Origin: Alphaproteobacteria bacterium
GTDB taxonomy: Bacteria > Pseudomonadota > Alphaproteobacteria > Bin95
Assembly (NCBI GenBank): GCA_963665325.3
Contig: CAXXWS020000002.1
Location: 1,184,001 to 1,248,000 of the forward strand
DNA length: 64,000 nt
Direction of reading: 5' to 3'
Shown: one piece after another, positions 10,964 to 20,418 of the stretch
Numbering within the stretch: position 1 is the stretch's first letter
Layout of the letters: each line of letters begins with the position of its first letter
Notes under the pieces: generated by a model
The model's database searches: none
What the model was told of the DNA's origin: nothing
Seen by the model: only the letters and a program-made list of their open reading frames with translations
Made by a program: the position numbers and the translations under genes

Positions 10964-11968
10964 ATGACAGCCAGGGTCGCAATCAACGGTTTCGGGCGCA
11001 TCGGGCGCCTCGCATTGCGCGCGGCGCTGGAATCTGGGCGCAACGATCTCGAATTCGTCGCGGTCAACGACCTGGGGTCGGTCGAGGCGAACGCGCACCT
11101 GCTCAAATACGATTCGACCCACGGCACCTTGCCTATGGAGGTCAAGGCTTCCGGCAGCAGCATCGAGGTCGCGGGTCGGTCCATCCAGGTGCTGGCGGAG
11201 CGCAACCCGGCGGACCTGCCCTGGGGCGAGCTCGGCATCGACATCGTGCTCGAATGCACCGGCATTTTCGCCAGCAAGGCCAAGGCCGCGGCCCATCTGG
11301 AGGCCGGCGCGCGCAAGGTGCTGGTCTCCGCGCCTGCGGACAATGCGGACCTCACGGTCGTCTACGGCGTCAACCATGACGGGTTGGAGGCCGGCCACAC
11401 CGTCGTCTCCAACGCTTCCTGCACCACCAACTGCCTGGCCCCGGTGGCGCAGGTGCTGCATCGCGCCGTCGGCATCGAGCGCGGTTTCATGACCACGATT
11501 CACGCCTTTACCGGCGACCAGGCGATCCTCGACACGCTGCACGGAGACCTGCGCCGGGCGCGCGCCGCAGGGCAGTCGATGATCCCGACCTCGACGGGCG
11601 CGGCCCGCGCCGTCGGCCTCGTGCTGCCGGAGCTTGCGGGCAAGCTGGACGGCACGTCGGTGCGTGTGCCGACCGTGAATGTCTCGCTGATCGACTTCAA
11701 GTTCTCCGCCGGCCGCGCCACGACCGAGGACGAGGTGAACGGGGCCATCGCGGAGGCGGCCAGGGGCCGGCTGAAGGGCATTCTCGGCGTCAACGAGGCG
11801 CCGCTCGTTTCCAGCGACTTCAACCACGACCCGCGCAGCGCCGTGTTCGACGCGACCCAGACGAAGGTCATAGACGGCAGCTTCGTGCGCGTCATGGCCT
11901 GGTACGACAATGAATGGGGCTTCTCCAACCGCATGTCCGACACGGCAGCGGCGCTGGCGGCGGCTTGA
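10964..11968 (+). CDS. gap: Type I glyceraldehyde-3-phosphate dehydrogenase
   Basis: [26 protein letters not shown]. Confidence 0.98.
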   Translation: MTARVAINGFGRIGRLALRAALESGRNDLEFVAVNDLGSVEANAHLLKYDSTHGTLPMEVKASGSSIEVAGRSIQVLAERNPADLPWGELGIDIVLECTGIFASKAKAAAHLEAGARKVLVSAPADNADLTVVYGVNHDGLEAGHTVVSNASCTTNCLAPVAQVLHRAVGIERGFMTTIHAFTGDQAILDTLHGDLRRARAAGQSMIPTSTGAARAVGLVLPELAGKLDGTSVRVPTVNVSLIDFKFSAGRATTEDEVNGAIAEAARGRLKGILGVNEAPLVSSDFNHDPRSAVFDATQTKVIDGSFVRVMAWYDNEWGFSNRMSDTAAALAAA

Positions 11969-11999
11969 AGGGGGCCGGTTTGCCATAGTCATAGCGGTT

Positions 12000-12072
12000 G
12001 GCGCTTACCCCCTTTCGTTGCCCGGGCTGGAGCGAGGCGGAGAGCTGTAGCCTCGCGACGCCGGGGTACAGC
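12000..12072 (+). repeat. Degenerate REP-like palindromic repeat copy
   Basis: GGCGCTTACCCC...CCCGGGCTGGAGCGAGGCGGAGAGC, similar to 13569-13620 and 59614-59652. Confidence 0.55.
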
Positions 12073-12369
12073 CTTTCGACACTGCCGCAAGCCGTCCAAG
12101 GCCCCCAGGCTGCCCCCGGCGCGTCGGCGAGGTTGAGCGGCGCCCCAAGCGCCTCCAGGCCGCACCCACGAGGACAGATAAGCGCCCCGGCTGCGTAGAA
12201 GAGGTGCGCCGATCTGCTCGGCAATGGGCTGGCGGCAGCCGCCAAACCGCACGAATTCTGATAGGCTAGACGTTGCCAAACCGGGGGTTATCCTTTCGCG
12301 CATCGGTTCTGCGGCATTCTGGTCGGTCTGGAGCTTCGCGGCCGGGCTCTGTTCACGAAGGGGCAAACA

Positions 12370-13518
12370 ATGACATTCCGCTCTGCCACCGTCGCCATCG
12401 CCGCAATCTGTACTGCCTTGATTGCCGGTACACCGGCAAATGCCGACAACCACTGCGACAGGCTCTCAAGTGAAATGAGCGCCCTTGCACTCAAAGCATA
12501 TGTACCCTGTGGCGCGCACGAATCTACAAGCGCATGCGGCGCCAGAATCATGGCAACATGGGACAAATGGAAAGTTGCAACAGAACGCTGGCAACGCTGT
12601 ATCGAAGAAGAAAGGGAAAGAGAAGATCGCGAGCGCGAACGACAAGCACAAGCCGAGCGCGAACGACAAGCACAAGTCGAGCGCGAACGACGAGTACGAG
12701 CCGAACGCGAACGACAAGCACAAGTCGAGCGCGAACGACGAGTACGAGCCGAACGCGAACGACAAGCAAAAGTCGAGCGCGAACGACGAGCACGAGCCGA
12801 GCGCGAACGACAAGCACAAGCCGAGCGCGAACGGCAACGAGCTGTCCGGGAAGCAACACGAACCGACCCGGACCCGGTCCGAAACATGGCGGCCGATCTC
12901 GAACGTCTCGAACGCAGCCTGTTTCTTTCCCACGACCAGCGCGCCAACATCCAGCGCGCATTGAATGCGCTGGGCCACAACGCCGGCAGCGCCGATGGCA
13001 TTTTCGGACCGCGCACCAGGAAGGCCATCAAGGCGCTACAGAAAGCCTTGGGCGTCGAGCCGACCGGATACCTTAATGTCGAGCTTTTGAGGCACTTGTC
13101 CGACATGGAACAGGCAACGCAACTCGCGGGCACACTTGCGCCGGCCAATACATGCATATCGGATAAAACTCTTGGAAAGACCGACTCAATAGGGGGCCAG
13201 CTCAGAGAAGATTACGACGACTATTCAGCCGCAGTCCAATTCACCAACAAATGCGCTCACGAAGCGGTAATTAGCTACCGATACCTAGTCGGCTTGAAAG
13301 CAAAACACGAGAGAGGGGAACCGATAAAGTGCAGCGGCAGTTTCGCAAGAGGCTTGGAGCCGGGAGTGTCTGAAACCATTCTCATGGGTCCCTTGCCGCG
13401 CGGCATAACGCAAACATATGCTTGGTGCGCGGACTATTTCGACAGCGACACACAGAAGCGCACCGGCTACCGCTCCTGCGGCGCCGCTGACCAGCCGCGC
13501 TGTCCGCCGGTCCCGTAA
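12370..13518 (+). CDS. Secreted protein with charged helical repeat, peptidoglycan-binding domain and Cys-rich C-terminal domain
   Basis: RBS GAAGGGG; signal peptide ending ANA; (ERERQAQA/ERERRVRA)n repeat; PG-binding motif IQRALNALGHNAGSADGIFGPRTRKAIKALQKALGVEPTG. Confidence 0.8.
   Translation: MTFRSATVAIAAICTALIAGTPANADNHCDRLSSEMSALALKAYVPCGAHESTSACGARIMATWDKWKVATERWQRCIEEEREREDRERERQAQAERERQAQVERERRVRAERERQAQVERERRVRAERERQAKVERERRARAERERQAQAERERQRAVREATRTDPDPVRNMAADLERLERSLFLSHDQRANIQRALNALGHNAGSADGIFGPRTRKAIKALQKALGVEPTGYLNVELLRHLSDMEQATQLAGTLAPANTCISDKTLGKTDSIGGQLREDYDDYSAAVQFTNKCAHEAVISYRYLVGLKAKHERGEPIKCSGSFARGLEPGVSETILMGPLPRGITQTYAWCADYFDSDTQKRTGYRSCGAADQPRCPPVP
12630..12840 (+). 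repeat. Intragenic 24-bp (48-bp higher-order) tandem repeat
   Basis: About 8-9 copies of GAGCGCGAACGACAAGCACAAGCC variants. Confidence 0.9.
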
Positions 13519-13568
13519 CGCGGCAATCACCTTCGGCTTGCGGCCCCGCGGCGGCGTGAAAGGGGGGC

Positions 13569-13690
13569 GGCGCTTACCCCTCGTCGTCACCCCGGCCGGA
13601 GCGAAGCAGAGAGCCGGGGTCCATCTCCCGGCCGTCCTGCCAGGTGCAAACGGTTGAGGCTGGGCCCCGGATCGCTGTTCGGGGCGATGC
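13569..13690 (+). repeat. REP-like palindromic element between convergent genes
   Basis: CGTCACCCCGGCCGGAGCGAAGCAGAGAGCCGGGGTCC...GGGCCCCGGATCGCTGTTCGGGGCGATG; nested inverted repeats. Confidence 0.7.
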
Positions 13691-13738
13691 GATGTGCATT
13701 CTCCGGACCGCCTGTCGCAGGCCGGCTCTCTGCCGCCC

Positions 13739-14638
13739 TCACACCGCCCGCGGCCGCTCGCCCTGTATCTGCGTCCGATGCAGGCGGCGGCGCGTTGAGG
13801 CGTCGAAGGGGTCGCGGCGATGCATGGTGCAGCGATTATCCCAGAGAACCAGGTCGCCGACCTGCCAGCGGTGACGGTAGGTGAAGCGCTCCTGTTCGAC
13901 ATGGGCCCACAGTTCGTCCAGCAGCGCCTCCGACTCGCCGACCTTCATGCCTTCGACATAGGAGTTGAGACGGCGGCCCAGATAGAGCACCGGGCGTCCG
14001 CTCTCAGGATGCACCGGCACGGCCGGGTGGCTGGCGCCGGGGGCCTCGCTCACGTCGACCACCTCGTCGAAGCCCGCGCGCAGGTAGCCACCGGAATTGA
14101 CACTCGAATCGTGGCGGACGCTGGCGGCCTCCAACCGGCGCCGCAGGTCCTCGGGGAGCGCCTCCAGCGCGGCATACATGTTGAGGAAGCAGGTGTCGCC
14201 GCCCTCCGGCGGAATCTCCAGCGCGTAGAGGGCGCTGGCTTTGGGCGGGCGCTCCTCATAGCTCATGTCGGTATGCCAGGACGCTTCGCCGGCGCCGAGC
14301 GAGCCGATCGGCTTGCCGTCCCTGACGATGTTGGAGATCACATAGAGCTCCGGCACGCCCTCCACCATCGTCTGGCCGTTCTCCATGATCGGCGCGTGGT
14401 CGAGCTTGCCGAAGCGCGACGAGAAGGCAACGAAATCGGCGTCCGTCAGCGTCTGCCCGCGAAACGCCAGCACCCCGTGCTCGATCCAGGCGGCATGAAT
14501 GGCGGCGAAAGTTTCGTCGTCGAGCGGCCGGGAAAGGTCCACACCCTCGATCACGGCTCCCAGCGCAGCGCCGGTCGGCACTGCTGCGACGATCTGCTCG
14601 ACACCTTCCGGCATGGCTTCGGCCTCCGCTTTCGGCAA
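13739..14638 (-). CDS. TauD/TfdA family Fe(II)/2-oxoglutarate dioxygenase (start uncertain)
   Basis: WHTDMSY, GGDTCF, WDNRCTMHRR. Confidence 0.93.
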   Translation of the reverse strand: MPKAEAEAMPEGVEQIVAAVPTGAALGAVIEGVDLSRPLDDETFAAIHAAWIEHGVLAFRGQTLTDADFVAFSSRFGKLDHAPIMENGQTMVEGVPELYVISNIVRDGKPIGSLGAGEASWHTDMSYEERPPKASALYALEIPPEGGDTCFLNMYAALEALPEDLRRRLEAASVRHDSSVNSGGYLRAGFDEVVDVSEAPGASHPAVPVHPESGRPVLYLGRRLNSYVEGMKVGESEALLDELWAHVEQERFTYRHRWQVGDLVLWDNRCTMHRRDPFDASTRRRLHRTQIQGERPRAV

Positions 14639-14778
14639 CGCCCGGCAATGTCACGGAAGAGAGGCGGCGGGTCAATGCGTTCATTGCCCTGCGCCGGTGT
14701 TTTCAACCGAGTGGAGGCGCGTCATTTGTTCGCGTATTTAGAAATAATTCCTGATTCGGGCTGATCCCGAAAAATAGG

Positions 14779-14787
14779 TGGTAAGAT
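14779..14787 (+). promoter_or_regulatory. Putative extended -10 element (TG-G-TAAGAT) in element copy A
   Basis: TGn-TAnnAT pattern in an AT-rich patch; equivalent motif at the same position in copy B. Confidence 0.45.
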
Positions 14788-15019
14788 TGAAACGGGAGGC
14801 AAGGAAACGGCATCCGCGCGGGGCCGCTCGCCTCCCGATGCGCGCCGGCGCGAAAAGACCCCGGAGAAACGGACGGGAGACGTGCGCCCTGCGCCTGGGT
14901 CTTTGCGCGCGCGGGCGCAATCAGGCGCGCGAACCGCGCCGGCGCGAATGCGCGCGGACAGGCGGGCGCGATACGCGCGAAGAAGGGTTCCGCTTGCCGG
15001 GCGGGCCGGTGGCGGCGGG

Positions 15020-15150
15020 AACGCCGCCATCTGCAATGTTCGCCGCGTTCGACGCGGCGGCGTCAACGCCGCCATCTGCAATGTTCGCCGCGTTCGGCGC
15101 GGCGGCGTCAACGCCGCCATCTGCAATGTTCGCCGCGTTCGGCGCGGCGG
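15020..15150 (+). repeat. Tandem repeat, about 3 x 45 bp, each unit containing a GC hairpin
   Basis: AACGCCGCCATCTGCAATGTTCGCCGCGTTCG(A/G)CGCGGCGG starting at 15020, 15065 and 15110. Confidence 0.95.
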
Positions 15151-15352
15151 GGCGAACGGAACGGAACGCGACGGAGGAACGGCATGCAGGATACGGACGG
15201 GCGGCACCGGGAGCGGAGGCGCGGCGGACCATGACAGAACATGACATTTCCGGCGGGCCGCATGACGAAACATGACAATTCATGACACTCGCGGCACGTC
15301 CCGGTCGCCGGCTGCAACAGGCGTCGGATTGCCCGCCCGGTCGGGTGCGCCT

Positions 15353-15946
15353 ATGTGGACCCGCATCATGCTGCGCCGCCTCTACGACGGAACCATGCGC
15401 CTTGCCGGGCATCCGCGCGCGGTGTGGATACTGGCGGCGGTCGCCTTCGCGGAGAGCGTCGTTTTCCCTGTGCCGGTGGATGTGCTGCTCATCCCGATGG
15501 TGCTGGCGGCGCCCGGGCGGGCATGGCGCTACGCGGCAGTCTGCACCTGCGCGTCCGTCGCGGGCGGCGTGGCGGGCTACGGCGCCGGGGCGTTCCTGTT
15601 CGACGCCGTGGGCGCGCCGCTGCTCGCGTTCTACGCATACGAAGAGGCGTTCGCAGAAGCACAGGCGCTCTACAACGCGCATGGAAGCCTCATCGTCTTC
15701 ACCGCGGCCTTTTCGCCGATCCCCTACAAGGTCTTCACCATCGCCAGCGGCTTTGCCGGCACCGACCTCGGCATCTTCATTCTGGCCTCGGCAGCGGGCA
15801 GGGGGCTGCGCTTCTTCATCGTCGCCGCGCTCCTCTGGCGATTCGGCGCGCCGCTTCGCGCGTTTATCGAACGCCGGCTCGCGCCCCTGACGCTCGCCTT
15901 CGTGGTCCTGCTCGTGGCAGGATTCGTCGTGTTGAGGGTGCTGTGA
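15353..15946 (+). CDS. YqaA/DedA family membrane protein
   Basis: AFAESVVFPVPVDVLLIPM, FSPIPYKVFTIASG, RGLRFF. Confidence 0.92.
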   Translation: MWTRIMLRRLYDGTMRLAGHPRAVWILAAVAFAESVVFPVPVDVLLIPMVLAAPGRAWRYAAVCTCASVAGGVAGYGAGAFLFDAVGAPLLAFYAYEEAFAEAQALYNAHGSLIVFTAAFSPIPYKVFTIASGFAGTDLGIFILASAAGRGLRFFIVAALLWRFGAPLRAFIERRLAPLTLAFVVLLVAGFVVLRVL

Positions 15947-16437
15947 TGCGGTTCCTGCTCCATCCGGCGGCGTTGATTACCGGCAGCCTGGGGGCGCTGG
16001 CCGCAGCTTTCGCCTTCCAGCATCTGGGGGGCCTGGAGCCGTGCCCGCTGTGCATCTGGCAACGCTGGCCGCATCTGGCGACCGCCTTGCTTGCGGTTGT
16101 TTCGTTGGGGTTCCGGGGAACGGCGGTAGCGGTTCCCGTCGGGCTTGCGGGCCTGGCTGCGCTCGCAGGCGCCGGCCTTGCCGGGTTCCATGTCGGGGTC
16201 GAGCAGCAATGGTGGGCGGGCCTTGAAGCCTGCGCGGGCGGCCCTCCGGCGGAAACGGTCGCCGAGCTGCGCGAGCGCCTGCTCAATGCGGCGCCGGCGC
16301 GTTGCGACGAGGCGGCATGGTCGTTCCTGGGCCTGTCCATGGCGGCCTGGAACGGGCTGCTTTCGCTGGGGCTGGCCGGCTTGGCGGCCGGTGCGCTTCG
16401 GCGCAAGGTTCCGATCATGAGGAGCAGAGCGGCATGA
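15946..16437 (+). CDS. dsbB: Disulfide bond formation protein B
   Basis: [38 protein letters not shown]; ATG overlaps the upstream stop. Confidence 0.9.
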   Translation: MRFLLHPAALITGSLGALAAAFAFQHLGGLEPCPLCIWQRWPHLATALLAVVSLGFRGTAVAVPVGLAGLAALAGAGLAGFHVGVEQQWWAGLEACAGGPPAETVAELRERLLNAAPARCDEAAWSFLGLSMAAWNGLLSLGLAGLAAGALRRKVPIMRSRAA

Positions 16438-16970
16438 AACGCCTCCCCGGAGACCCGACGCGGGAAGCGCGCGTCGAGGCGATGGTTCGCGTCAACCATG
16501 CGGGCGAATACGGCGCGCGGCGCATCTACGAAGGCCAGCTTGCCGTGCTCGGGCGCGGGCCCGCCGGGCCGACGCTGCGGCACATGGCGCGGCAGGAGGC
16601 CCGCCATCTCGCCTATTTCGAGGCCGAAATTGCCGGACGGCGCGTTCGGCCAACCGCCCTGCAACCGCTCTGGCATGTGCTCGGTTTCGCGCTCGGCGCG
16701 GCGACCGCGGCCATGGGCGAGCGTGCCGCCATGGCCTGCACCGTCGCCGTGGAGGAGGCCATCGACGAGCATTATGCCGGACAGCTCGCCGAGCTGGGGG
16801 GCGAAGAGCCGGAACTGGCGGCGGCCATCGAGGAGTTCCGGGCCGAGGAGCTGGAGCACCGCGACACAGCGCTCGATGCCGGAGCCGAGCGGGCGCCGGC
16901 CTACGGCCTGCTTTATCGGGCTGTAAACAACGCCTCGAAACTGGCGATCGCGCTCTCGACGCGCATCTGA
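16434..16970 (+). CDS. coq7: Demethoxyubiquinone hydroxylase (Coq7 family di-iron)
   Basis: [38 protein letters not shown]. Confidence 0.93.
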   Translation: MKRLPGDPTREARVEAMVRVNHAGEYGARRIYEGQLAVLGRGPAGPTLRHMARQEARHLAYFEAEIAGRRVRPTALQPLWHVLGFALGAATAAMGERAAMACTVAVEEAIDEHYAGQLAELGGEEPELAAAIEEFRAEELEHRDTALDAGAERAPAYGLLYRAVNNASKLAIALSTRI

Positions 16971-17041
16971 GCCGCCATTTACAGGGCCGGGGGGCGCTGG
17001 TAGGTTCCGCGCCGTCCGGGGGGAGAGGGGCGGCGGGACGA

Positions 17042-17974
17042 ATGAAGGTTATTGCAGGCAACAGCAATCGACCGCTCGCCCAGGCGATCAGCGACTATCT
17101 CGAAGTGCCGCTCACCGCTGCCAGCATGAGGAGTTTCTCCGACAAGGAAGTCTTCGTCGAGATCGAGGAGAACGTGCGCGGCGAGGACGTGTTCCTGATC
17201 CAGTCCACGTCCTACCCGGCGAACGACACGCTGATGGAATTGCTGGTGGCCATCGACGCCCTGAAGCGGGGCTCGGCGCGCCGCATCACCGCCGTCATCC
17301 CCTATTTCGGCTACGCCCGGCAGGACCGCAAGACGGGTCCGCGCACGCCGATCTCTGCGAAGCTGGTTGCCAATCTCATCACCACGGCAGGCGCCCACCG
17401 GGTGCTGACGATGGACCTCCATGCGGGCCAGATCCAGGGCTTCTTCGACATCCCGACCGACAACCTGTTCGCAACGCCCGTGTTCGCGGCCGACCTGAAG
17501 CAGGTGTACAACGACGAGGCGCTGGTTGTCGTCTCCCCCGACGTCGGCGGCGTGGTGCGCGCCCGCGCGCTTGCGCGCCGCCTTGACAGCGAGCTTGCAA
17601 TCATCGACAAGCGCCGCCCGCGCGCAGGCGTTTCCGAGGTGATGAACATTATCGGCGAGGTCGGCGGGCGGCGGTGCATCATATTCGATGACATCGTGGA
17701 CAGCGCGGGCACCTTGTGCAATGCGGCGGTGGCGTTGATGGAGGAAGGGGCGAGCGCCGTCTCGGCCTATGTCTCGCACGGCGTCCTGTCGGGCGGGGCG
17801 GTGGACCGGGTGACGGCCTCGCCGATAGACATGCTGGTGACGACGGACAGCATCGAGGCGACGCAGGCGATGCAGGATGCGGACAACATCCGGCAGATCA
17901 CCATCGGGCCGCTGCTGGGCGAGGCGGTGTTGCGGATTACCCAGAGCCGGTCGGTCTCGAGCCTGTTCAACTAG
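17042..17974 (+). CDS. prs: Ribose-phosphate pyrophosphokinase
   Basis: [32 protein letters not shown]. Confidence 0.98.
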   Translation: MKVIAGNSNRPLAQAISDYLEVPLTAASMRSFSDKEVFVEIEENVRGEDVFLIQSTSYPANDTLMELLVAIDALKRGSARRITAVIPYFGYARQDRKTGPRTPISAKLVANLITTAGAHRVLTMDLHAGQIQGFFDIPTDNLFATPVFAADLKQVYNDEALVVVSPDVGGVVRARALARRLDSELAIIDKRRPRAGVSEVMNIIGEVGGRRCIIFDDIVDSAGTLCNAAVALMEEGASAVSAYVSHGVLSGGAVDRVTASPIDMLVTTDSIEATQAMQDADNIRQITIGPLLGEAVLRITQSRSVSSLFN

Positions 17975-18008
17975 GCCGGCCCGGAGAAGACAGGAAGAAC
18001 GAAAGATC

Positions 18009-18662
18009 ATGAGCGAAAACGCCATTCTCGCCGCATCGCCGCGGCAAGGCTCCGGCACGGGGCCGGCGCGGGCGCTGCGCCGCGAAGGCCGGGTGCCGGC
18101 GATCGTCTATGGCGGCAGCAAGGAGCCGGAAAAGGTGTCCGTGGAGGACCGGCGGCTGCGCTGGCTGATGGGCCAGGGCGGATTCACGGCGACGCTGCTC
18201 GACCTGGAGATAGAAGGCGCCGGACGGGAACGCGTCATTCCGAAGGAGGTCCAGCGCCATCCGGTTACGGACCGACCCCTGCATGTCGATTTCATGCGCG
18301 TGTCGGCGGCTTCCGAGCTTCAGGTCCGGGTGGCGGTCTCGCTGCTGGGCCAGGACGACTGCCTGGGCCTCAGGGCCGGGGGCACGCTCGCCGTCGCGCA
18401 ATACGATGTCGAGGTCGTCTGCCGTGCGGACAGCATTCCGGAATCGCTGGAGGTGGATATCGCGGCGCTGGAAATCGGCAGCGGTATCCGGCTGTCCGAC
18501 ATCGTGCTGCCGGAAGGCGTGCGGCCGGCCGGCGATGACGACCTGTTGATCGTGTCGGTCTCGGCGCCTGCCGGCGGCCTCGATGAGGACGAGGCCGGCG
18601 AAGGCGACGAAGAGGGGCAGGAAGGCGAAGAGGAAGGCGGCGAGGAGCCCGCCTCCGACTGA
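18009..18662 (+). CDS. rplY: 50S ribosomal protein L25/general stress protein Ctc
   Basis: ARALRREGRVPAIVYG, VQRHPV...HVDF, acidic tail. Confidence 0.95.
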   Translation: MSENAILAASPRQGSGTGPARALRREGRVPAIVYGGSKEPEKVSVEDRRLRWLMGQGGFTATLLDLEIEGAGRERVIPKEVQRHPVTDRPLHVDFMRVSAASELQVRVAVSLLGQDDCLGLRAGGTLAVAQYDVEVVCRADSIPESLEVDIAALEIGSGIRLSDIVLPEGVRPAGDDDLLIVSVSAPAGGLDEDEAGEGDEEGQEGEEEGGEEPASD

Positions 18663-18689
18663 TCGTCCGGGCAGAGGAGGCCGCCTGCC

Positions 18690-19286
18690 GTGCAACTCTT
18701 TGTCGGGCTCGGCAACCCCGGCCCCAAATACGCCCGCCACCGCCACAATATCGGTTTCATGGCGCTGGACGCCATCGCCGACCGGCACGGCTTTCCGACC
18801 TACCGCAAGCGTTTCCGCGGTCTGGTCAGCGAGGGCCGGCTGGGAGACGAGCGGGTGGCGCTGCTGAAACCGCAGACATTCATGAACGAGTCCGGCCGCG
18901 CGGTGGCGGCCGCGATGCAGTTCTACAAGGCCGGACTGGCAGAGGTGGTGGTGTTCCACGACGAGCTGGACCTTGAGGGGGGCAAGCTGCGCGTCAAGAC
19001 GGGAGGCGGCTCGGCCGGCCACAACGGACTGCGCAGCATCGACCGCCTTGTCGGGCCGGGTTTCCGCCGCGTGCGCCTCGGCATCGGCCATCCGGGCGAT
19101 TCCAGGCGCGTCACCGGCCATGTGCTGCATGCCTTCGATTCCGGAGACGCCGGCTGGCTGATGCGGATACTGGACGCGGTCGCGCGCTCGGCCGACCTGC
19201 TGGCGGAGAACGACGATGCGAATTTCATGAACCGGGTCGCGATCCTGACCCGTCCGCCCCCGGATCCGCCGGCCGCGGAGGCCTGA
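18690..19286 (+). CDS. pth: Peptidyl-tRNA hydrolase
   Basis: VGLGNPG...RHNIGF, KPQTFMNESG, HDELD, GHNGLRS. Confidence 0.97.
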   Translation: MQLFVGLGNPGPKYARHRHNIGFMALDAIADRHGFPTYRKRFRGLVSEGRLGDERVALLKPQTFMNESGRAVAAAMQFYKAGLAEVVVFHDELDLEGGKLRVKTGGGSAGHNGLRSIDRLVGPGFRRVRLGIGHPGDSRRVTGHVLHAFDSGDAGWLMRILDAVARSADLLAENDDANFMNRVAILTRPPPDPPAAEA

Positions 19287-19292
19287 CCGCTA

Positions 19293-20396
19293 ATGGGTTT
19301 CAAATGCGGCATTGTGGGGCTGCCGAATGTCGGCAAGTCCACGCTCTTCAACGCGCTGACGGCGACCGCCCAGGCCCAGGCGGCGAACTATCCTTTCTGC
19401 ACGGTGGAGCCGAATGTCGGGCGCGTCGCCGTGCCGGACCCCCGGTTGGAGAGCGTCGCCGGGCTTGCGGGCGCGGCGGCCGTGTTGCCGACCTTTCTTG
19501 AGTTCGTCGATATCGCCGGGCTGGTCCGCGGCGCCTCGCGCGGCGAGGGGCTCGGCAACCGCTTCCTCGCCAATATCCGCGAGGTGGACGCCATCGCCCA
19601 TGTGCTGCGCTGTTTCGAGGATGGCGGCGTCACGCATGTGGACGTCGGCATCGATCCTGTGCGGGATGCGGAGACGGTGGAAACCGAGCTCATGCTGGCG
19701 GACCTCGAAAGCCTGGAGCGGCGCTTCGACCAGGCGAAGAAGCGCGCGGCGGCCGGCGACGCGGAACAGAGGGTCCTCGCCCGCACGATAGAGCCCGTGC
19801 TGGCGGCACTGGAGGCGGGTCGCCCGGCGCGCAGCGTCTCCTTCGATCGGGAGGACGACCGGGCGGCCTTCAAAGGCCTCCAATTGCTGACCGCCAAGCC
19901 GGTGCTCTATGTGTGCAATGTCGGTGAGGCGGACGCAACCGCCGGCAATGATTGTTCACGACAGGCCGCGGCGCGCGCGGCCGACCGAGGCGCCGAATGC
20001 GTCACCGTGTCGGCCGCCGTCGAAGCCGAGATTGCGGTGCTCGCCGATGCCGGGGAACGCATGGCCTTTTTGGAGTCCCTGGGCCTTGAGGAGTCCGGCC
20101 TCGACCGGGTAATCCGCGCCGGCTACCGGCTGCTCGGCCTCATCACCTTCGTCACCGCCGGGCCGAAGGAAGCGCGCGCCTGGACCGTTGCTGCCGGCGC
20201 CACTGCGCTCGAGGCTGCCGGGCGCGTGCATACCGATTTCGAGCGCGGCTTCATCCGCGCCGAGACCATCGCCTTCGAGGACTATGTGGCATTCGGCGGG
20301 GAGCGCGGCGCGAAGGAAGCCGGGCGGATGCGCGTGGAAGGCCGCGACTATGTGGTGCAGGACGGCGACGTGATGCTCTTCCGGTTCAATCTTTAG
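19293..20396 (+). CDS. ychF: Redox-regulated ATPase YchF
   Basis: GIVGLPNVGKSTLFNALT, ANYPFCT, DIAGLV, DFERGFIRAE. Confidence 0.97.
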   Translation: MGFKCGIVGLPNVGKSTLFNALTATAQAQAANYPFCTVEPNVGRVAVPDPRLESVAGLAGAAAVLPTFLEFVDIAGLVRGASRGEGLGNRFLANIREVDAIAHVLRCFEDGGVTHVDVGIDPVRDAETVETELMLADLESLERRFDQAKKRAAAGDAEQRVLARTIEPVLAALEAGRPARSVSFDREDDRAAFKGLQLLTAKPVLYVCNVGEADATAGNDCSRQAAARAADRGAECVTVSAAVEAEIAVLADAGERMAFLESLGLEESGLDRVIRAGYRLLGLITFVTAGPKEARAWTVAAGATALEAAGRVHTDFERGFIRAETIAFEDYVAFGGERGAKEAGRMRVEGRDYVVQDGDVMLFRFNL

Positions 20397-20418
20397 GAAC
20401 CGGCCCGGTTCCTCGTCG

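Larger units (their letters stand above)
14725..15290 (+). repeat. Dispersed non-coding element, copy A
   Basis: Colinear similarity to 59165-59745: GAAATAATTCCTGA, CGGCATCCG, GCGCCGGCGCGAAAA, GTGCGCCCTGCGCCT, GCGCGAACCGCGCCGGCGC and the CATGAC array. Confidence 0.85.

Noticed and set aside
12288-13157. Overlapping repetitive ORFs in other frames and on the minus strand
   Set aside because: These are shadows of the stop-free 24-bp repeat; only 12370-13518 has an RBS, signal peptide and a recognisable domain
15020-15150. Possible CRISPR array
   Set aside because: Units are contiguous 45-bp tandem copies with no unique spacers, and there are no cas genes in the window
14778-15275. ORFs 14778-15275 and 59202-59729, both ending HDISGGPHDET, as a protein family
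   Set aside because: Homologous DNA is read in different frames after CALRL (RNQAREPRR versus AISRANRAG), so the reading frame is not conserved; the similarity is at the nucleotide level
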